Below, piece by piece: positions 29,469 through 43,412 of a stretch of DNA of 64,000 nucleotides (positions within the stretch are counted from its first letter, which is position 1; each line of letters begins with the position of its first letter). The stretch comes from Gemmatimonadales bacterium (GTDB lineage Bacteria > Gemmatimonadota > Gemmatimonadetes > Gemmatimonadales > GWC2-71-9). The stretch is from NCBI GenBank assembly GCA_036499125.1, contig DASYEH010000012.1:26275-90274 (forward strand), given 5' to 3'. Under the pieces are notes generated by a model. That model saw nothing but the letters and a program-made list of their open reading frames with translations, was not told the DNA's origin and did not search any database. The position numbers were made by a program, and so were the translations under genes.

Positions 29469-31255
29469 TCGGATTCACGCTGCCGTGGGTGCTGATCGGT
29501 CTGGTCGCGGCGGCACTGCCACTGCTGCTGCATCTCGTCCAGCATCACGAGGCGGTCGATCAGCTCTTTCCGGCCGTTCGCTACCTGCAGGACGCCGCGC
29601 GCGCGCAACAGCGGCGGCTCCGCTTTCAGCACTGGCTATTGCTGTTGGTCCGCACCCTGTTGATCGTCGCGCTGGTGCTCGCCGCCGCCGGCGCGACCTG
29701 GCGTCACAGCGGGATTGGCCCTCACGCGCCGAGCGCGCTGGTGCTCCTGGTCGACAACTCGGCGCCGAGTGGGGCGGTGGTCGATGGTGAACCGGTGCTT
29801 GCCGCACTGGTCCGTGCTGCCAACCAGGTGCTCGATCGTGCCACGGCGAGCGATCGCCTCTGGTTGGTGACCGCCGACGGCGTGGTTCGCGCCGGCAGTG
29901 CGGCCGACCTCCGCAACACGCTGACCGCGCTTCATGTCGACCCGATACGCTGGGATCTCGGTCACGCCGTCACCGCGGCGCGTCAGGTCGTTCGCGCCAG
30001 TGGTCGGCCCGGCGGGGTCGTCGTCGTGACCTCGCTACCGTCGAGCGCGTTGACCGCAATTCAGGGATCTGGATCGCTGCTGGTGCTCCATCCAGAGGCG
30101 GCCGCACCGGCCAATCGAGGCATCACGCAGATGTCAGCGGGCGTGCAGCCTTGGGGGCCAGCAGGCGGGCGCATCTCGCTCAATATCGTGTCGAGCGACA
30201 CGGCAGCCGTGCCGGTGACGTTGGCAATCAATGGCCGCGCCGTGCGCGAGCTGCTGGTCGTGCCGGGCGTCAATACCACGGCGCGAATCGGCCCGCTCGC
30301 CATTGGCTGGCTGACGATCACGGCAACGCTGCCGCCCGATGAGTTTCGCCTCGACGACAGTCGTTCGATTCCGGTGCAGATCACACCGCCCGCAGCCGTG
30401 ACGTGGGATCCCAGCGATCGATTTCTCAATGCGGCGGCCGAAGCCCTCGTCGCCGACGGCCGCATTCGCCGCGGCAGTGGTGTCCATCTTGGCGATCTTG
30501 GCCCCGGGCCGAGCATTCTCTTCCCGCCGTCGGATGCTGCGCAAATCCCCGCCGTCAACCGACAGCTGCAACAGCGTGGCGCCACATGGCGTTTCGGTAC
30601 GCTGGTGACCGGGGCGGAGCGAGTCGACAGTGGGGCGGTCATCGCGTCGCGCGTCGACGTCACCCGCCGCGTGACGCTCGAACCGGTCGGTCACGACGGC
30701 GACCTGCTCGCCACCGTCGGCGGCGCCCCGTGGTTGGTCCGGACCGGCAACCTGCTGCTGCTCGGTTCACGTCCCGATCCGGCCTGGACGACGCTGCCGC
30801 TCTCCGCCGAGTTCGTCCCGCTGCTCGACGCCATGCTGACTCGCTCGGTACGAGGCGACCTGCTCTCCGCCGATGTCGTCGTCGGCGAGCCGAGTGCCGT
30901 GGGTAGCCAGGTGACGACCGCCGTGCACGACAGCACCGCTCTTGCCACGCAACCGGGTCCCTGGACCCCGACCGCACCAGGCGCCTGGTTTCTGCTCACC
31001 GGCCATGACACGGTAGGTGCCCTTGCCGCTCATTCTGATCCTCGGGTCTCGAATCTTGTGCACGCTACCAATGCCCAACTCGCCGCTCTCTGGCCCGGTA
31101 GTCGCACCGCTCCGCTGGCTGGCGGAGCGCGCGAGGCGTTCGCTTTTGGCGGCCGGGGCGACCTGCGTGGCGTGCTGCTCGGCCTCGCCCTGGCATGTGC
31201 ACTGGTCGAGATGATATTGACTGGCGCTTTCGCGCGGCGAGCCGCAGCGGTTTGA
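29465..31255 (+). CDS. BatA-N (aerotolerance-regulator N-terminal) domain membrane protein
   Basis: GTG overlaps the DUF58 stop. N-terminal double-TM signature LPWVLIGLVAAALPLLLHL and a C-terminal TM. The remainder is unassigned. Confidence 0.5.
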   Translation: MIGFTLPWVLIGLVAAALPLLLHLVQHHEAVDQLFPAVRYLQDAARAQQRRLRFQHWLLLLVRTLLIVALVLAAAGATWRHSGIGPHAPSALVLLVDNSAPSGAVVDGEPVLAALVRAANQVLDRATASDRLWLVTADGVVRAGSAADLRNTLTALHVDPIRWDLGHAVTAARQVVRASGRPGGVVVVTSLPSSALTAIQGSGSLLVLHPEAAAPANRGITQMSAGVQPWGPAGGRISLNIVSSDTAAVPVTLAINGRAVRELLVVPGVNTTARIGPLAIGWLTITATLPPDEFRLDDSRSIPVQITPPAAVTWDPSDRFLNAAAEALVADGRIRRGSGVHLGDLGPGPSILFPPSDAAQIPAVNRQLQQRGATWRFGTLVTGAERVDSGAVIASRVDVTRRVTLEPVGHDGDLLATVGGAPWLVRTGNLLLLGSRPDPAWTTLPLSAEFVPLLDAMLTRSVRGDLLSADVVVGEPSAVGSQVTTAVHDSTALATQPGPWTPTAPGAWFLLTGHDTVGALAAHSDPRVSNLVHATNAQLAALWPGSRTAPLAGGAREAFAFGGRGDLRGVLLGLALACALVEMILTGAFARRAAAV

Positions 31256-31268
31256 CGCGCCTCGCGGC

Positions 31269-34556
<3,288 letters not shown>

Positions 34557-34592
34557 GACCGGCACGACATTCACAAACTCTTGGGGAGTCCG

Positions 34593-36074
34593 ATGCGGCG
34601 TAAGATGATGGTGGTGTTGGGCCTGGCGGCGGTATTGGCAGGGTGCGGCATGTTCACCACGCACACCGATGCAGTCGAGTCCGCTGCCGGGCAGCAGCTG
34701 CCGGCGCAGCGTCTATCTGACCTGATGACCGCGATTCGCGGTCCGGTGACGTACGACGTGAAGCTCGGCAACTTCATCACGACGCTGTGGACCGACGTGA
34801 CGCTCTTCTCGCAGGCATTGGCCGAGAACAAGCTCACCCCGGACTCAGCGCTGGTCTCGCAGGCGATGTTCATCCCGATCACCAACGTGACGGCGTCACG
34901 CTGGCTCGATACGGTGATCGCTCGACGCACCAAGATCTCCGACGCGGACGTCGAAGCGGCCTACAAGGCCGATCAGGTCCGCGCGGTGCAGCACATCCTG
35001 GTGCAGGTGGACTCGCTGGCGCCCAAGGAAGACAAGGACAAGGCGCTCAAGAAGGCCCAGGACCTCCTGGCCCAGATCAAGGGCGGTGCCAACTTCGGCG
35101 TGGTCGCGATCGCCAACACCGACGATCCGGGTTCCAGGGCGGATAGCGGCTGGTACGGCCTCAAGCCCCTCAATATCTGGGACAAGCCGTTCGCCGAGGC
35201 GCTCAAGAACCTCAAGCCGGGCGAAGTCTCCGGCCTGGTCAAGGGTCACTTTGGCTATCACATCATTCGCCGCCCGAGCGACGACGAGTCTCGCAAGATC
35301 TGGCGTGACTCGCTGACTCGCGCCGTGGCCGACACCGCCGCGAAGAGCTACTACGACGACATCGCCAAGCAGTACGAGGTCAAGGTCGACGCCGGCGCCG
35401 CGGCGCACATCCGTCAGGCGCTTGACGACGTGCAGGGCAACGAGAACAGCAGCACCGTGCTCGTCAACTACAAGGGCGGCAGCCTGACCATGGGCCGACT
35501 GGCGCACTGGGTCAACGCCTATGTCTCGTCCGATCCCGCGCAGGGTCCGCAGCAGCTGGCAGGACTCAAGGGATCGCCCGACTCGATGCTGACCAACTTC
35601 GCCCGCATGCTCGGCACCAATGAAGTCGTCCTGCTCGAGGCCAGCAAGAACAACGTCCATCTCACCGCCGCAGAGTGGAAAGAGATGGTCCAGGGCTTCT
35701 CGGCGCAGGTCGACAGCATCAAGGCGACGCTCGGGCTGACCGACGCGGTGCTCGATCCCAAGGCCAGCGTCAGCGATCGCAAGAAGGCCGCCGCCGAAAA
35801 GGTCGACCAGTACTTCAATGACCTGGTCGCCATGAAGGCGCCGCCGAAGCCATTGCCGGGCAGCCTCGCCGCTGTGCTGCGTGACCGCTACAAGCCGACC
35901 TTCAACTCGGTGGCACTGCAGCGCGCTGTCGACATGGCCAAGACCAAGCACGCCGCCGATAGCGCCAAGGCCGCCGGCACGCCGAATGCCATGCCAGGTG
36001 GCGACACCGGCGTCGTCAAGCCCGCCGCGGGTGGACCGCCCGTCGGCGGAGCGCAGCCACCGGCCCGGCCGTGA
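34593..36074 (+). CDS. Parvulin-type peptidyl-prolyl isomerase lipoprotein (PpiD/SurA-like)
   Basis: ATG 34593 is preceded by GGGGAG. Lipoprotein signal MRRKMMVVLGLAAVLAGC and parvulin block GHFGYHIIRR. Confidence 0.7.
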   Translation: MRRKMMVVLGLAAVLAGCGMFTTHTDAVESAAGQQLPAQRLSDLMTAIRGPVTYDVKLGNFITTLWTDVTLFSQALAENKLTPDSALVSQAMFIPITNVTASRWLDTVIARRTKISDADVEAAYKADQVRAVQHILVQVDSLAPKEDKDKALKKAQDLLAQIKGGANFGVVAIANTDDPGSRADSGWYGLKPLNIWDKPFAEALKNLKPGEVSGLVKGHFGYHIIRRPSDDESRKIWRDSLTRAVADTAAKSYYDDIAKQYEVKVDAGAAAHIRQALDDVQGNENSSTVLVNYKGGSLTMGRLAHWVNAYVSSDPAQGPQQLAGLKGSPDSMLTNFARMLGTNEVVLLEASKNNVHLTAAEWKEMVQGFSAQVDSIKATLGLTDAVLDPKASVSDRKKAAAEKVDQYFNDLVAMKAPPKPLPGSLAAVLRDRYKPTFNSVALQRAVDMAKTKHAADSAKAAGTPNAMPGGDTGVVKPAAGGPPVGGAQPPARP

Positions 36075-37444
36075 TTCAGGCAGGACGTTTCACCCTGCTG
36101 GCCGCAGCCCTGTTCGGGGTTGCGGCCAGTCGGGTATCTGCCCAGGGCGCCGGTGACACCTTGTCGGTTGATCGCATCGTGGCAGTGGTTGGCAACACGC
36201 CGATTCTCTGGTCGGAAGTCTCCGAGGAGGTTTTCGCGCGCGTCTCCAAGGGCGAAGAACATCTCCCCGACCAGGTCAAGGATCCACTCGAATACGCCAA
36301 GGTCTTTCCGCGCGTCGCGCGCCGTTATGTCGATACCCTGATCGCCTTCCAGCTTCTCTACAAGCAGGCGCTGACCGACACCACCATCAAGGTGACCGAT
36401 CAGGAAGTGAACCAGGCCGTCGACCAGACCATCGAAAGCGCCCGCAAGCAGTTCCCGACCGAGGCGCAGTACCGCGCCGGCGTCAAGGAGATCGGCTTTG
36501 CCACGCCAGACGATTGGCGCGCTTCACTGGTCGAGAAGCAACGCAAGGTGCTCGAGGTCAATCGCTACCGTCAGCAACTCAACGACGATGGCAAGCTCAA
36601 GCCGATGACGCCGAGCGAGAAGGAGATGCGGGCCTTCTACGACTCCGATCCCACCATGTTCGGCAACTATCCGGCGAGCATTTCGCTCCGCCAGATCATT
36701 GTGGCGCCGCGCGCCCAGCCCGCTGAACGGGCCCGCGCCCGCGCGCTGGCTGATTCACTGGTGACGGTATTGCGAGCCGGCGCGAGCTTCGATACCCTCG
36801 CGCGAAAGTTCTCGATGGACCCGGAGTCGCGCGCTGATGGCGGCGAGTTGCCCTGGTTTCGGCGCGGCAAGATGGTGCCAGAGTTCGAGGCTGCCGCCTT
36901 CGCCCTGCCGATCGGAACGATCTCCGACGTCGTCGAAAGCCCCTATGGGTATCACATCATCCAGGTCGAACGGATTCAGCCGGGCGAGATCAAGGCCCGT
37001 CATATCCTGATCAGTCCCGAACCCGACTCGGCGGCTCAGGCTGCGGCGCATGCGCTGGCGAGCCGGATTCGTGACGACCTGGTGCATGGTGCCTTGTTTG
37101 ACTCGCTGCAGCACCTCTACACCGACCCGTCCGAAGAGAAGGAATCGCAGAACCTGCCGATCGACGCGTTTCTTGCCGACCCCGCCGGCAAGGCATACGG
37201 TCCCGGACTCGCCGGGGTCGATAGTGGCCAGTTCAGCCAGCCCTTTCCGCTGCCGTCGTTTGACGGCGACCCGATGCGGACCAAGTGGGCCGTGGTAGAG
37301 GTGACCCGTCGTTCGCCGCCGGGCCCGCGCAGTTACGACGACGTCAAGGAGCAGCTGCGCAAGCTGCTCGGCATTCTCCTGGGCGAGCAGGACTACATCT
37401 CGCAGCTTCGCAAGCAGACGTACGTCGACGTTCGCGAACCGTGA
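36071..37444 (+). CDS. surA: SurA-like periplasmic chaperone / parvulin PPIase
   Basis: GTG overlaps the upstream stop. Has a signal peptide ending RVSAQGA and the parvulin block SPYGYHIIQVER. Followed by pdxA, as in the E. coli surA-pdxA arrangement. Confidence 0.65.
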   Translation: MIQAGRFTLLAAALFGVAASRVSAQGAGDTLSVDRIVAVVGNTPILWSEVSEEVFARVSKGEEHLPDQVKDPLEYAKVFPRVARRYVDTLIAFQLLYKQALTDTTIKVTDQEVNQAVDQTIESARKQFPTEAQYRAGVKEIGFATPDDWRASLVEKQRKVLEVNRYRQQLNDDGKLKPMTPSEKEMRAFYDSDPTMFGNYPASISLRQIIVAPRAQPAERARARALADSLVTVLRAGASFDTLARKFSMDPESRADGGELPWFRRGKMVPEFEAAAFALPIGTISDVVESPYGYHIIQVERIQPGEIKARHILISPEPDSAAQAAAHALASRIRDDLVHGALFDSLQHLYTDPSEEKESQNLPIDAFLADPAGKAYGPGLAGVDSGQFSQPFPLPSFDGDPMRTKWAVVEVTRRSPPGPRSYDDVKEQLRKLLGILLGEQDYISQLRKQTYVDVREP

Positions 37445-38352
37445 CCGAGCGGGCCCGCGTCGCCATCACCCTCGGTGATCCGCGCGGCATCGGGCCCGAA
37501 ATCACGGCCAAGGTTCTTGCCACCGGCGTCGATGCCGACATCACCCTGATTGGCGCCCGCGAACAGATTGCGGCGATTCCGGCCCAGCGGCGGATCGCAA
37601 CCGGCAGCTGGCACGGCACGGCTGCCGGAGCACGAATCTCGGCCGAGGCCGGCCTCATCACCGGGCGTGCCATCCAGCAGGCGGCCGCGCTGGCCCTGGC
37701 CGGTGACGTCGACGCCATTGTCACCGCTCCCGCCGACAAGCACGCGCTCCATCTCGCAGGCTTTCCCTATCCCGGCCACACCGAATGGCTCGCTGAGCTG
37801 GCTGGTGGCTGCGACGTGGCAATGATGCTGACCAGCGACCGTCTACGGGTCGTGCTGGTCACGACGCATGTGGCGCTGCGCGATGTCCCGCTGTTGCTCA
37901 CCGCCGATCGGGTCGTGCGCACCGGTGAAGTCACCCGCCGCGCCTTGCAGCGCTGGTTTGGCATTCCGTCGCCGCGCTTGGCGCTCTGCGCCCTCAACCC
38001 GCACGCCGGTGAACAGGGTCTCTTCGGCGATGAGGAAGCCCGCATCCTTCTCCCCGCCGCCGAACGACTCGGAGCGGCGGGACCGCTTCCGGCTGACACC
38101 GTGTTCGTCCGGGCGATGGGCGGCGAGTTCGATGCGGTGCTGGCGCCCTACCACGATGTCGGCATGACCGCCATCAAGGTCGCCTCGTTCGGATCCGGCG
38201 TAAATGTCACCCTCGGGCTACCCTTCGTGCGCACCTCTCCCGATCACGGCACGGCGATGGACATTGCCGGCACGGGGCGTGCAGATCCATCCAGCATGCG
38301 CGCCGCCCTCACTCTCGCCCTCGACCTGGCCACGCGGAGCCGTTTGCAATGA
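37441..38352 (+). CDS. pdxA: 4-hydroxythreonine-4-phosphate dehydrogenase
   Basis: GTG 37441 overlaps the surA-like stop. Blocks [24 protein letters not shown] and RTSPDHGTA. Confidence 0.9.
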   Translation: MTERARVAITLGDPRGIGPEITAKVLATGVDADITLIGAREQIAAIPAQRRIATGSWHGTAAGARISAEAGLITGRAIQQAAALALAGDVDAIVTAPADKHALHLAGFPYPGHTEWLAELAGGCDVAMMLTSDRLRVVLVTTHVALRDVPLLLTADRVVRTGEVTRRALQRWFGIPSPRLALCALNPHAGEQGLFGDEEARILLPAAERLGAAGPLPADTVFVRAMGGEFDAVLAPYHDVGMTAIKVASFGSGVNVTLGLPFVRTSPDHGTAMDIAGTGRADPSSMRAALTLALDLATRSRLQ

Positions 38353-39107
38353 CCCTGCGCGTTTCGATCCTGATCCCGGTGTACAACGAGGCCCGCACCC
38401 TCGAAATGCTGATCGAGCAGGTCCGCGCCGTGCCACTCGACAAGGAGATCGTCTGCGTCGACGATGCATCGTCGGACGGCAGCCTCGCGATTCTGGAGCG
38501 GCTCAAGGAAGAAGGGAAGATCGACCAGGCGCTGCGCCACCCGGTCAATCGCGGCAAGGGCGCCGCCATTCGCACGGCGATCGCCGCTGCCACCGGCGAC
38601 GTCATCGTCGTGCAGGACGCCGACCTGGAATACGACCCCATGGAGATTCCCTCGCTCCTCGGTCCGATCGAATCCGGCCGCGCTGACGCAGTGTTTGGCT
38701 CGCGCTTCCTGGGGGGCCCGCACCGGGTACTCTACTTCTGGCACTCGGTCGGCAACTCGCTGCTCACGTTGATGTCGAACATGTTCACCGACCTGAACCT
38801 GACCGACATGGAAACCTGCTACAAGCTGGTGCGCGCTCCACTGATGAAAAAGCTGGTCCTCACCACGGATCGGTTCGGTTTCGAGCCTGAGATCACCGCG
38901 CGATTGGCGCAGGCGCGCGCCCGCATCTGGGAGCTGCCGATCTCCTATTCGGGGCGAACGTATGAAGAAGGGAAGAAGATCGGCTGGAAAGACGGCGTGG
39001 CAGCGTTCTGGCACATCTTCCGCTTCAACGCGTTTCCGCCCCGCAATCCGGTCGTGCGGATGAAGGATCGCGACCAGTTTCAGCCGGGGCCATTCGACAG
39101 AAGTTGA
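38349..39107 (+). CDS. Glycosyltransferase family 2 (polyprenol-phosphate sugar transferase-like)
   Basis: ATGA overlap with pdxA. Blocks [20 protein letters not shown] and [11 protein letters not shown]. Confidence 0.8.
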   Translation: MTLRVSILIPVYNEARTLEMLIEQVRAVPLDKEIVCVDDASSDGSLAILERLKEEGKIDQALRHPVNRGKGAAIRTAIAAATGDVIVVQDADLEYDPMEIPSLLGPIESGRADAVFGSRFLGGPHRVLYFWHSVGNSLLTLMSNMFTDLNLTDMETCYKLVRAPLMKKLVLTTDRFGFEPEITARLAQARARIWELPISYSGRTYEEGKKIGWKDGVAAFWHIFRFNAFPPRNPVVRMKDRDQFQPGPFDRS

Positions 39108-40420
39108 TCAGCCTCGGCGACTGGTTCAGTCTTCATGAGCACGGTGTCGACGCGGCGACCGGACATCGCCGCGATCTCGAACTGATACCGTCCCACCACC
39201 ACCTTGTCGCCGACTTGGGGCAACCGGCCCAGCTGCCCGAAGAGGAAGCCGCCCAGCGTGGTGTAGTCCGTGTCATCCAGCTCGGCGTCAAACCGATGAT
39301 TGAACTCGCTCACCGGTAACGCCCCGTCGAGGCGGACCGCGCCATCCTTCATGCCACGCGTCACCCGCTTGACGCGATCATGTTCATCATAGATTTCGCC
39401 GACGATCTCCTCCAGCAGGTCTTCCATTGTCACCAGGCCCGCCGTGCCGCCGTATTCGTCGAGCACCACCGCCAGATGGGTCTTCAGGCGCTTCATGTCG
39501 GCCAGCACGTCCTCGACTTCCCGCGTGCCGGGCACGAAGAGCGGCTGCCGCACGATGTCGCGGATCAACGCGTCCGGCTCTGACCGCAGCGCGCGCAAAA
39601 CGTCCTTGGCATGCACGACGCCAATGATTTCGTCGAGCGAGTCGCGATACACCGGGTAGCGCGACCGACCGGTCGCTGCCACCACATCCGCCGCCGCCGT
39701 CATCGGCAGGTCGGCCTCCATGGTGCTCATTTCGGTCCGCGGCGTCATCACCTCCTCGGCCGTCTTTTCGCTGAACTCGAAGACGCCCTCCAGCAGCCGC
39801 GCGTCGCTCGCCTCCAGCGATCCTGATTCTCCCGACTGCTCGACCAGGATCCGGATCTCCTCCGGCGAATGCAGCGGCTCGTGCTCCGACAACGGCGTCA
39901 TGTGGAGGCGGCGCAACAGCCAGTTGGCCGACCCGCGCAGGACGGCGATCGGGTAATGCATCACCCAGGCGAACCCCAGCAGCGGGGCGGCCAGCCACGA
40001 TGCCACCGCTTCAGCATGCAACAGGGCAATCGCCTTGGGAACCAATTCGCCGAGAATGATGTGCAGGGTGGTAATGATCGTGAATGCGAGGGCCACCGCC
40101 AGCCCGTGGGTGGCGATCGCTGCGGCCGCCGCCGGCAGGTTGTGAAAGAGTCCCTCGACCAGCCGCGCCAACGCCGGTTCACCCACGCCGCCCAGGCCGA
40201 GGGAGGCCAGGGTGATCCCCAGCTGGGTCGCTGAAATGACCCGGTCGAGGGATTGGACCGCCTTCATGGCGAGCATAGCTTTGCGGTTGCCGTCGCGAGC
40301 CATCTCCTCGAGACGACTCTTGCGCGCCGACACGAGCGCGAACTCGGCCGCCACGAAAAAGGCGTTCGCGAAGACCAGGGCAAGGACCCCGATGATTCCC
40401 AAGGCGGCGGAAGCTGGCAT
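39080..40420 (-). CDS. CNNM/CorC-HlyC family divalent-cation efflux protein (DUF21-CBS-CorC_HlyC)
   Basis: Start set to ATG 40420 ([37 protein letters not shown], a typical DUF21 N-terminus). Followed by a CBS pair and a C-terminal transporter-associated domain. Confidence 0.85.
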   Translation of the reverse strand: MPASAALGIIGVLALVFANAFFVAAEFALVSARKSRLEEMARDGNRKAMLAMKAVQSLDRVISATQLGITLASLGLGGVGEPALARLVEGLFHNLPAAAAAIATHGLAVALAFTIITTLHIILGELVPKAIALLHAEAVASWLAAPLLGFAWVMHYPIAVLRGSANWLLRRLHMTPLSEHEPLHSPEEIRILVEQSGESGSLEASDARLLEGVFEFSEKTAEEVMTPRTEMSTMEADLPMTAAADVVAATGRSRYPVYRDSLDEIIGVVHAKDVLRALRSEPDALIRDIVRQPLFVPGTREVEDVLADMKRLKTHLAVVLDEYGGTAGLVTMEDLLEEIVGEIYDEHDRVKRVTRGMKDGAVRLDGALPVSEFNHRFDAELDDTDYTTLGGFLFGQLGRLPQVGDKVVVGRYQFEIAAMSGRRVDTVLMKTEPVAEADQLLSNGPG

Positions 40421-41375
40421 GACACCGAAGGTTAGCCGGTTGACGGGTGTCCCGCGCAAGCTGGCAATCGTGATGAGCCTCACGGCCCTCTTTACGGCCG
40501 TTGAGATCGTTGGCAGCTGGCTGAGCGGCTCCCTCACGTTGATGGCCGAAGGTGGCCACATGCTGACCGACGTCGCGGCCCTCGGTCTGGCGCTCTTCGG
40601 CGCGAGCGTCGCCCGGCGCCGCGAGGGCGCTGCCCAGCACTTTGGCAACCTCCGCTGGGAAGTCATGGCCGCGATGGCGAACGGCGTGATGCTCTTCGCC
40701 ATCGGCGGCTGGATCACCATCGAGGCAATCGACCGCTTCAATCACCCGCACCCGATCGATGCCACCCTCTTCGGTGGCCTCGCCGTGGCGGGCCTGATCG
40801 TCAACCTGCTCTCGCTGCGCGTGCTGCACGGCTCGCACCAGCACAACCTCAATGCTCGCGGCGCCTACCTCCATATCATGGGCGACGTGCTCGGCTCGAT
40901 CGGGGCGATCGTCGGCGCGCTGGTGATCTATTTCACTGGCTGGCTGCGGGTCGATCCGATCATCTCCGTGCTCGTCTCGCTGCTGATCCTGCGCAGCGCC
41001 TGGCGCCTGATTGCCGAAAGCGGGCAGATCCTCCTCGATCGTGTGCCGGCACACCTGCACCCCACCGAAGTCGAGCAGCGGCTACTGCTCGTCGACGGTG
41101 TCGACAGGGTCCACGATCTGCACGTCTGGACCGTGACCAGCGGCCTCATTGCCATGAGCGCCCACGCGGTCGTTCCCGATCTCGCGACCCACCCCACCGT
41201 GCTCCACGACATGGAGGATTGCATGCAGCAAATGGGCATCCGCCACGTCACCATCCAGCTGGAGACACGGGCCGAATGCCGTGGGGAACTCTGTGGCGAC
41301 GACGAGAGTTTTGCGACCGCCGGGGGCGCCGGCCACCACGACCACGCGCACCATGGGCATTCGCACGCCCATTAG
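40419..41375 (+). CDS. Cation diffusion facilitator (CzcD/ZitB-like) metal exporter
   Basis: Blocks RKLAIVMSLTALFTAVEIVGSWLSGSLTLMAEGGHMLTD and HIMGDVLGS, plus a His-rich tail HHDHAHHGHSHAH. The start (ATG 40419 or TTG 40440) is uncertain. Confidence 0.85.
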   Translation: MTPKVSRLTGVPRKLAIVMSLTALFTAVEIVGSWLSGSLTLMAEGGHMLTDVAALGLALFGASVARRREGAAQHFGNLRWEVMAAMANGVMLFAIGGWITIEAIDRFNHPHPIDATLFGGLAVAGLIVNLLSLRVLHGSHQHNLNARGAYLHIMGDVLGSIGAIVGALVIYFTGWLRVDPIISVLVSLLILRSAWRLIAESGQILLDRVPAHLHPTEVEQRLLLVDGVDRVHDLHVWTVTSGLIAMSAHAVVPDLATHPTVLHDMEDCMQQMGIRHVTIQLETRAECRGELCGDDESFATAGGAGHHDHAHHGHSHAH

Positions 41376-41380
41376 TCGGC

Positions 41381-41409
41381 TTGCGGCGGTATGGAGGGGC
41401 GTCTATATA
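41381..41409 (+). promoter_or_regulatory. Candidate sigma-70-type promoter of typA (TTGCGG-N17-TATATA)
   Basis: This is the only AT-rich hexamer run in the 106-bp czcD-typA gap. The spacing was counted by hand. There is no experimental support. Confidence 0.3.
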
Positions 41410-41481
41410 TGCCGCCGGGAGCGGTCGTTGGCTGTTGGCTGATGGCTGGTCCGGGGCACCAACGCCCGTTGCTATCAGCTT

Positions 41482-43356
41482 TTGACCAGGGACGTCGTTC
41501 TGCAGATTCGCAATATCGCCATCATCGCCCACGTCGATCACGGCAAGACCACGCTGGTGGACCAGCTTCTCCGCCAGGCCGGCGCCTTCCGTGCCAACCA
41601 GCACGTCGACGAACGGGTGATGGACTCCAATCCGCTCGAACGCGAACGCGGCATCACGATCCTGGCCAAGAACACTTCGGTGGTCTGGAACGGGATCAAG
41701 ATCAATATCGTCGATACCCCCGGTCACGCCGACTTCGGCGGTGAAGTCGAGCGGATCCTCCGCATGGTCGATGGCGTCCTGATCCTGGTCGACGCCGCCG
41801 AGGGGCCGATGCCACAGACCCGCTTCGTGACCCGCAAGGCCCTGGCGCTCGGCCATCAGCCAATTGTCGCGATCAACAAGATCGATCGTCAGGACGCTGA
41901 ACCATTGCGCGTCCACGACGAAGTGCTCTCGCTCTTCCTCGACCTCGAGGCAACCGAGGCGCAGCTCAACGCTCCGTTCCTCTATACGTCGAGCCGCGCC
42001 GGCACTGCGACGCTCGATCTCGACACGCCCGGGACCGACCTGCAGCCCCTCTTCAAGGCGATTGTCGATACCGTGCCGGCCCCGACCGGCGATCCGGACC
42101 TCCCCTTCCAGATGCTGGTGTCGACGCTCGACTTCTCATCGTTCCTCGGCCGCATCGCGATCGGTCGCGTCGAACAGGGCCGTATTGCCACTGGCGACCA
42201 GGTCGTCCTGTTGCCGATGGGTGAAGCCGGGCTCGTCCCATCCGACGAACCTGGCGTCGAGCGCGGTCGCGTCACCAAGCTCTACACCTTTGACGGGTTG
42301 CACCGGGTCGAAGTCGCCGCCGCCGCCGCCGGCGACATCGTCGCGCTAGCTGGCTTCGAGACGCTCGAAATCGGCAAGACCTTCACTGCGCCCGACTCGC
42401 CCGCCCGGCTCGAGGGGATCGCAGTGGAAGAACCGACCATCTCGGTCGATTTCATCGTCAACAACTCGCCCTTCGCCGGCCGGGAAGGGAAGTACGTCAC
42501 GTCGCGCCAGCTGCGCGATCGCCTCTTCAAGGAGCTCGAGCGCAACGTCGCGCTCCGGGTAGAACCGACCGACTCGCCCGACACCCACACCGTTGCCGGT
42601 CGCGGCGAGCTGCACCTCGGCATCCTGATGGAGACGATGCGCCGCGAGGGCTACGAGTTCCAGGTCTCACGCCCGAAGGTGATCCTCCGGGAAAGCGATG
42701 ATGGCGAGCGGCTGGAACCGTACGAAGAGCTGACCATCGATGTCGCCGAGCAATACATGGGCGTCGTGATGGAAAAGCTCGGCCCGCGGCGTTCGGAAAT
42801 GCTCGAGATGCGTAATCCGGGGATGGGAATGGTTCGTCTCACGTTCAAGATTCCAGCGCGTGGCCTCTTCGGGTACCGGTCGGAGTTCATGACCGACACC
42901 CGCGGTACCGGGCTCATCAACCACCGTTTCCTTGAATACGGGCCGTGGGCCGGTCCGCTGGCAGGGCGCAAACGCGGCGTCATGGTCGCCGATCGCGAAG
43001 GGTCGGTCATCGCCTTCGCGCTCGGCAACCTGCAGGAACGCGCCCAGATGTTCGTGGCCCCCGGCGAGTCGGTCTACGAGGGAATGATTGTCGGCGAAAG
43101 CGCCCGTCCGGGCGACATGGACGTCAACGTCAGCAAGGAAAAGAAGCTGACCAACATGCGCACCACCGCGTCCGACGATCACATCCTGCTCGAGCCGCCG
43201 CGGCCGATCACGCTCGAATACGGTCTCGAGTACATCGACGAGGACGAGCTGATCGAAGTGACGCCCGAGAATATCCGCCTCCGCAAGCGTGTCTTGCAGG
43301 CGAACGACCGGAAGAAGTCCCAACGGGCGGCGAATCGCGTCGCGGATGCATCCTGA
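41482..43356 (+). CDS. typA: Translational GTPase TypA/BipA
   Basis: TTG start. Motifs [30 protein letters not shown] and NKIDR, with a BipA-type C-terminal domain. Confidence 0.95.
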   Translation: MTRDVVLQIRNIAIIAHVDHGKTTLVDQLLRQAGAFRANQHVDERVMDSNPLERERGITILAKNTSVVWNGIKINIVDTPGHADFGGEVERILRMVDGVLILVDAAEGPMPQTRFVTRKALALGHQPIVAINKIDRQDAEPLRVHDEVLSLFLDLEATEAQLNAPFLYTSSRAGTATLDLDTPGTDLQPLFKAIVDTVPAPTGDPDLPFQMLVSTLDFSSFLGRIAIGRVEQGRIATGDQVVLLPMGEAGLVPSDEPGVERGRVTKLYTFDGLHRVEVAAAAAGDIVALAGFETLEIGKTFTAPDSPARLEGIAVEEPTISVDFIVNNSPFAGREGKYVTSRQLRDRLFKELERNVALRVEPTDSPDTHTVAGRGELHLGILMETMRREGYEFQVSRPKVILRESDDGERLEPYEELTIDVAEQYMGVVMEKLGPRRSEMLEMRNPGMGMVRLTFKIPARGLFGYRSEFMTDTRGTGLINHRFLEYGPWAGPLAGRKRGVMVADREGSVIAFALGNLQERAQMFVAPGESVYEGMIVGESARPGDMDVNVSKEKKLTNMRTTASDDHILLEPPRPITLEYGLEYIDEDELIEVTPENIRLRKRVLQANDRKKSQRAANRVADAS

Positions 43357-43412
43357 TGCAGCAGATTCCTGAAGTGGCGGTTTACCCCAAGGTCGGAACA
43401 CCGGAGGCTACC

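Noticed and set aside
41248-41916. 222-aa minus-strand ORF covering the czcD-typA gap and the typA 5' end.
   Set aside because: It overlaps the highly conserved G-domain coding region of typA in antisense. It has no motifs and no plausible RBS.
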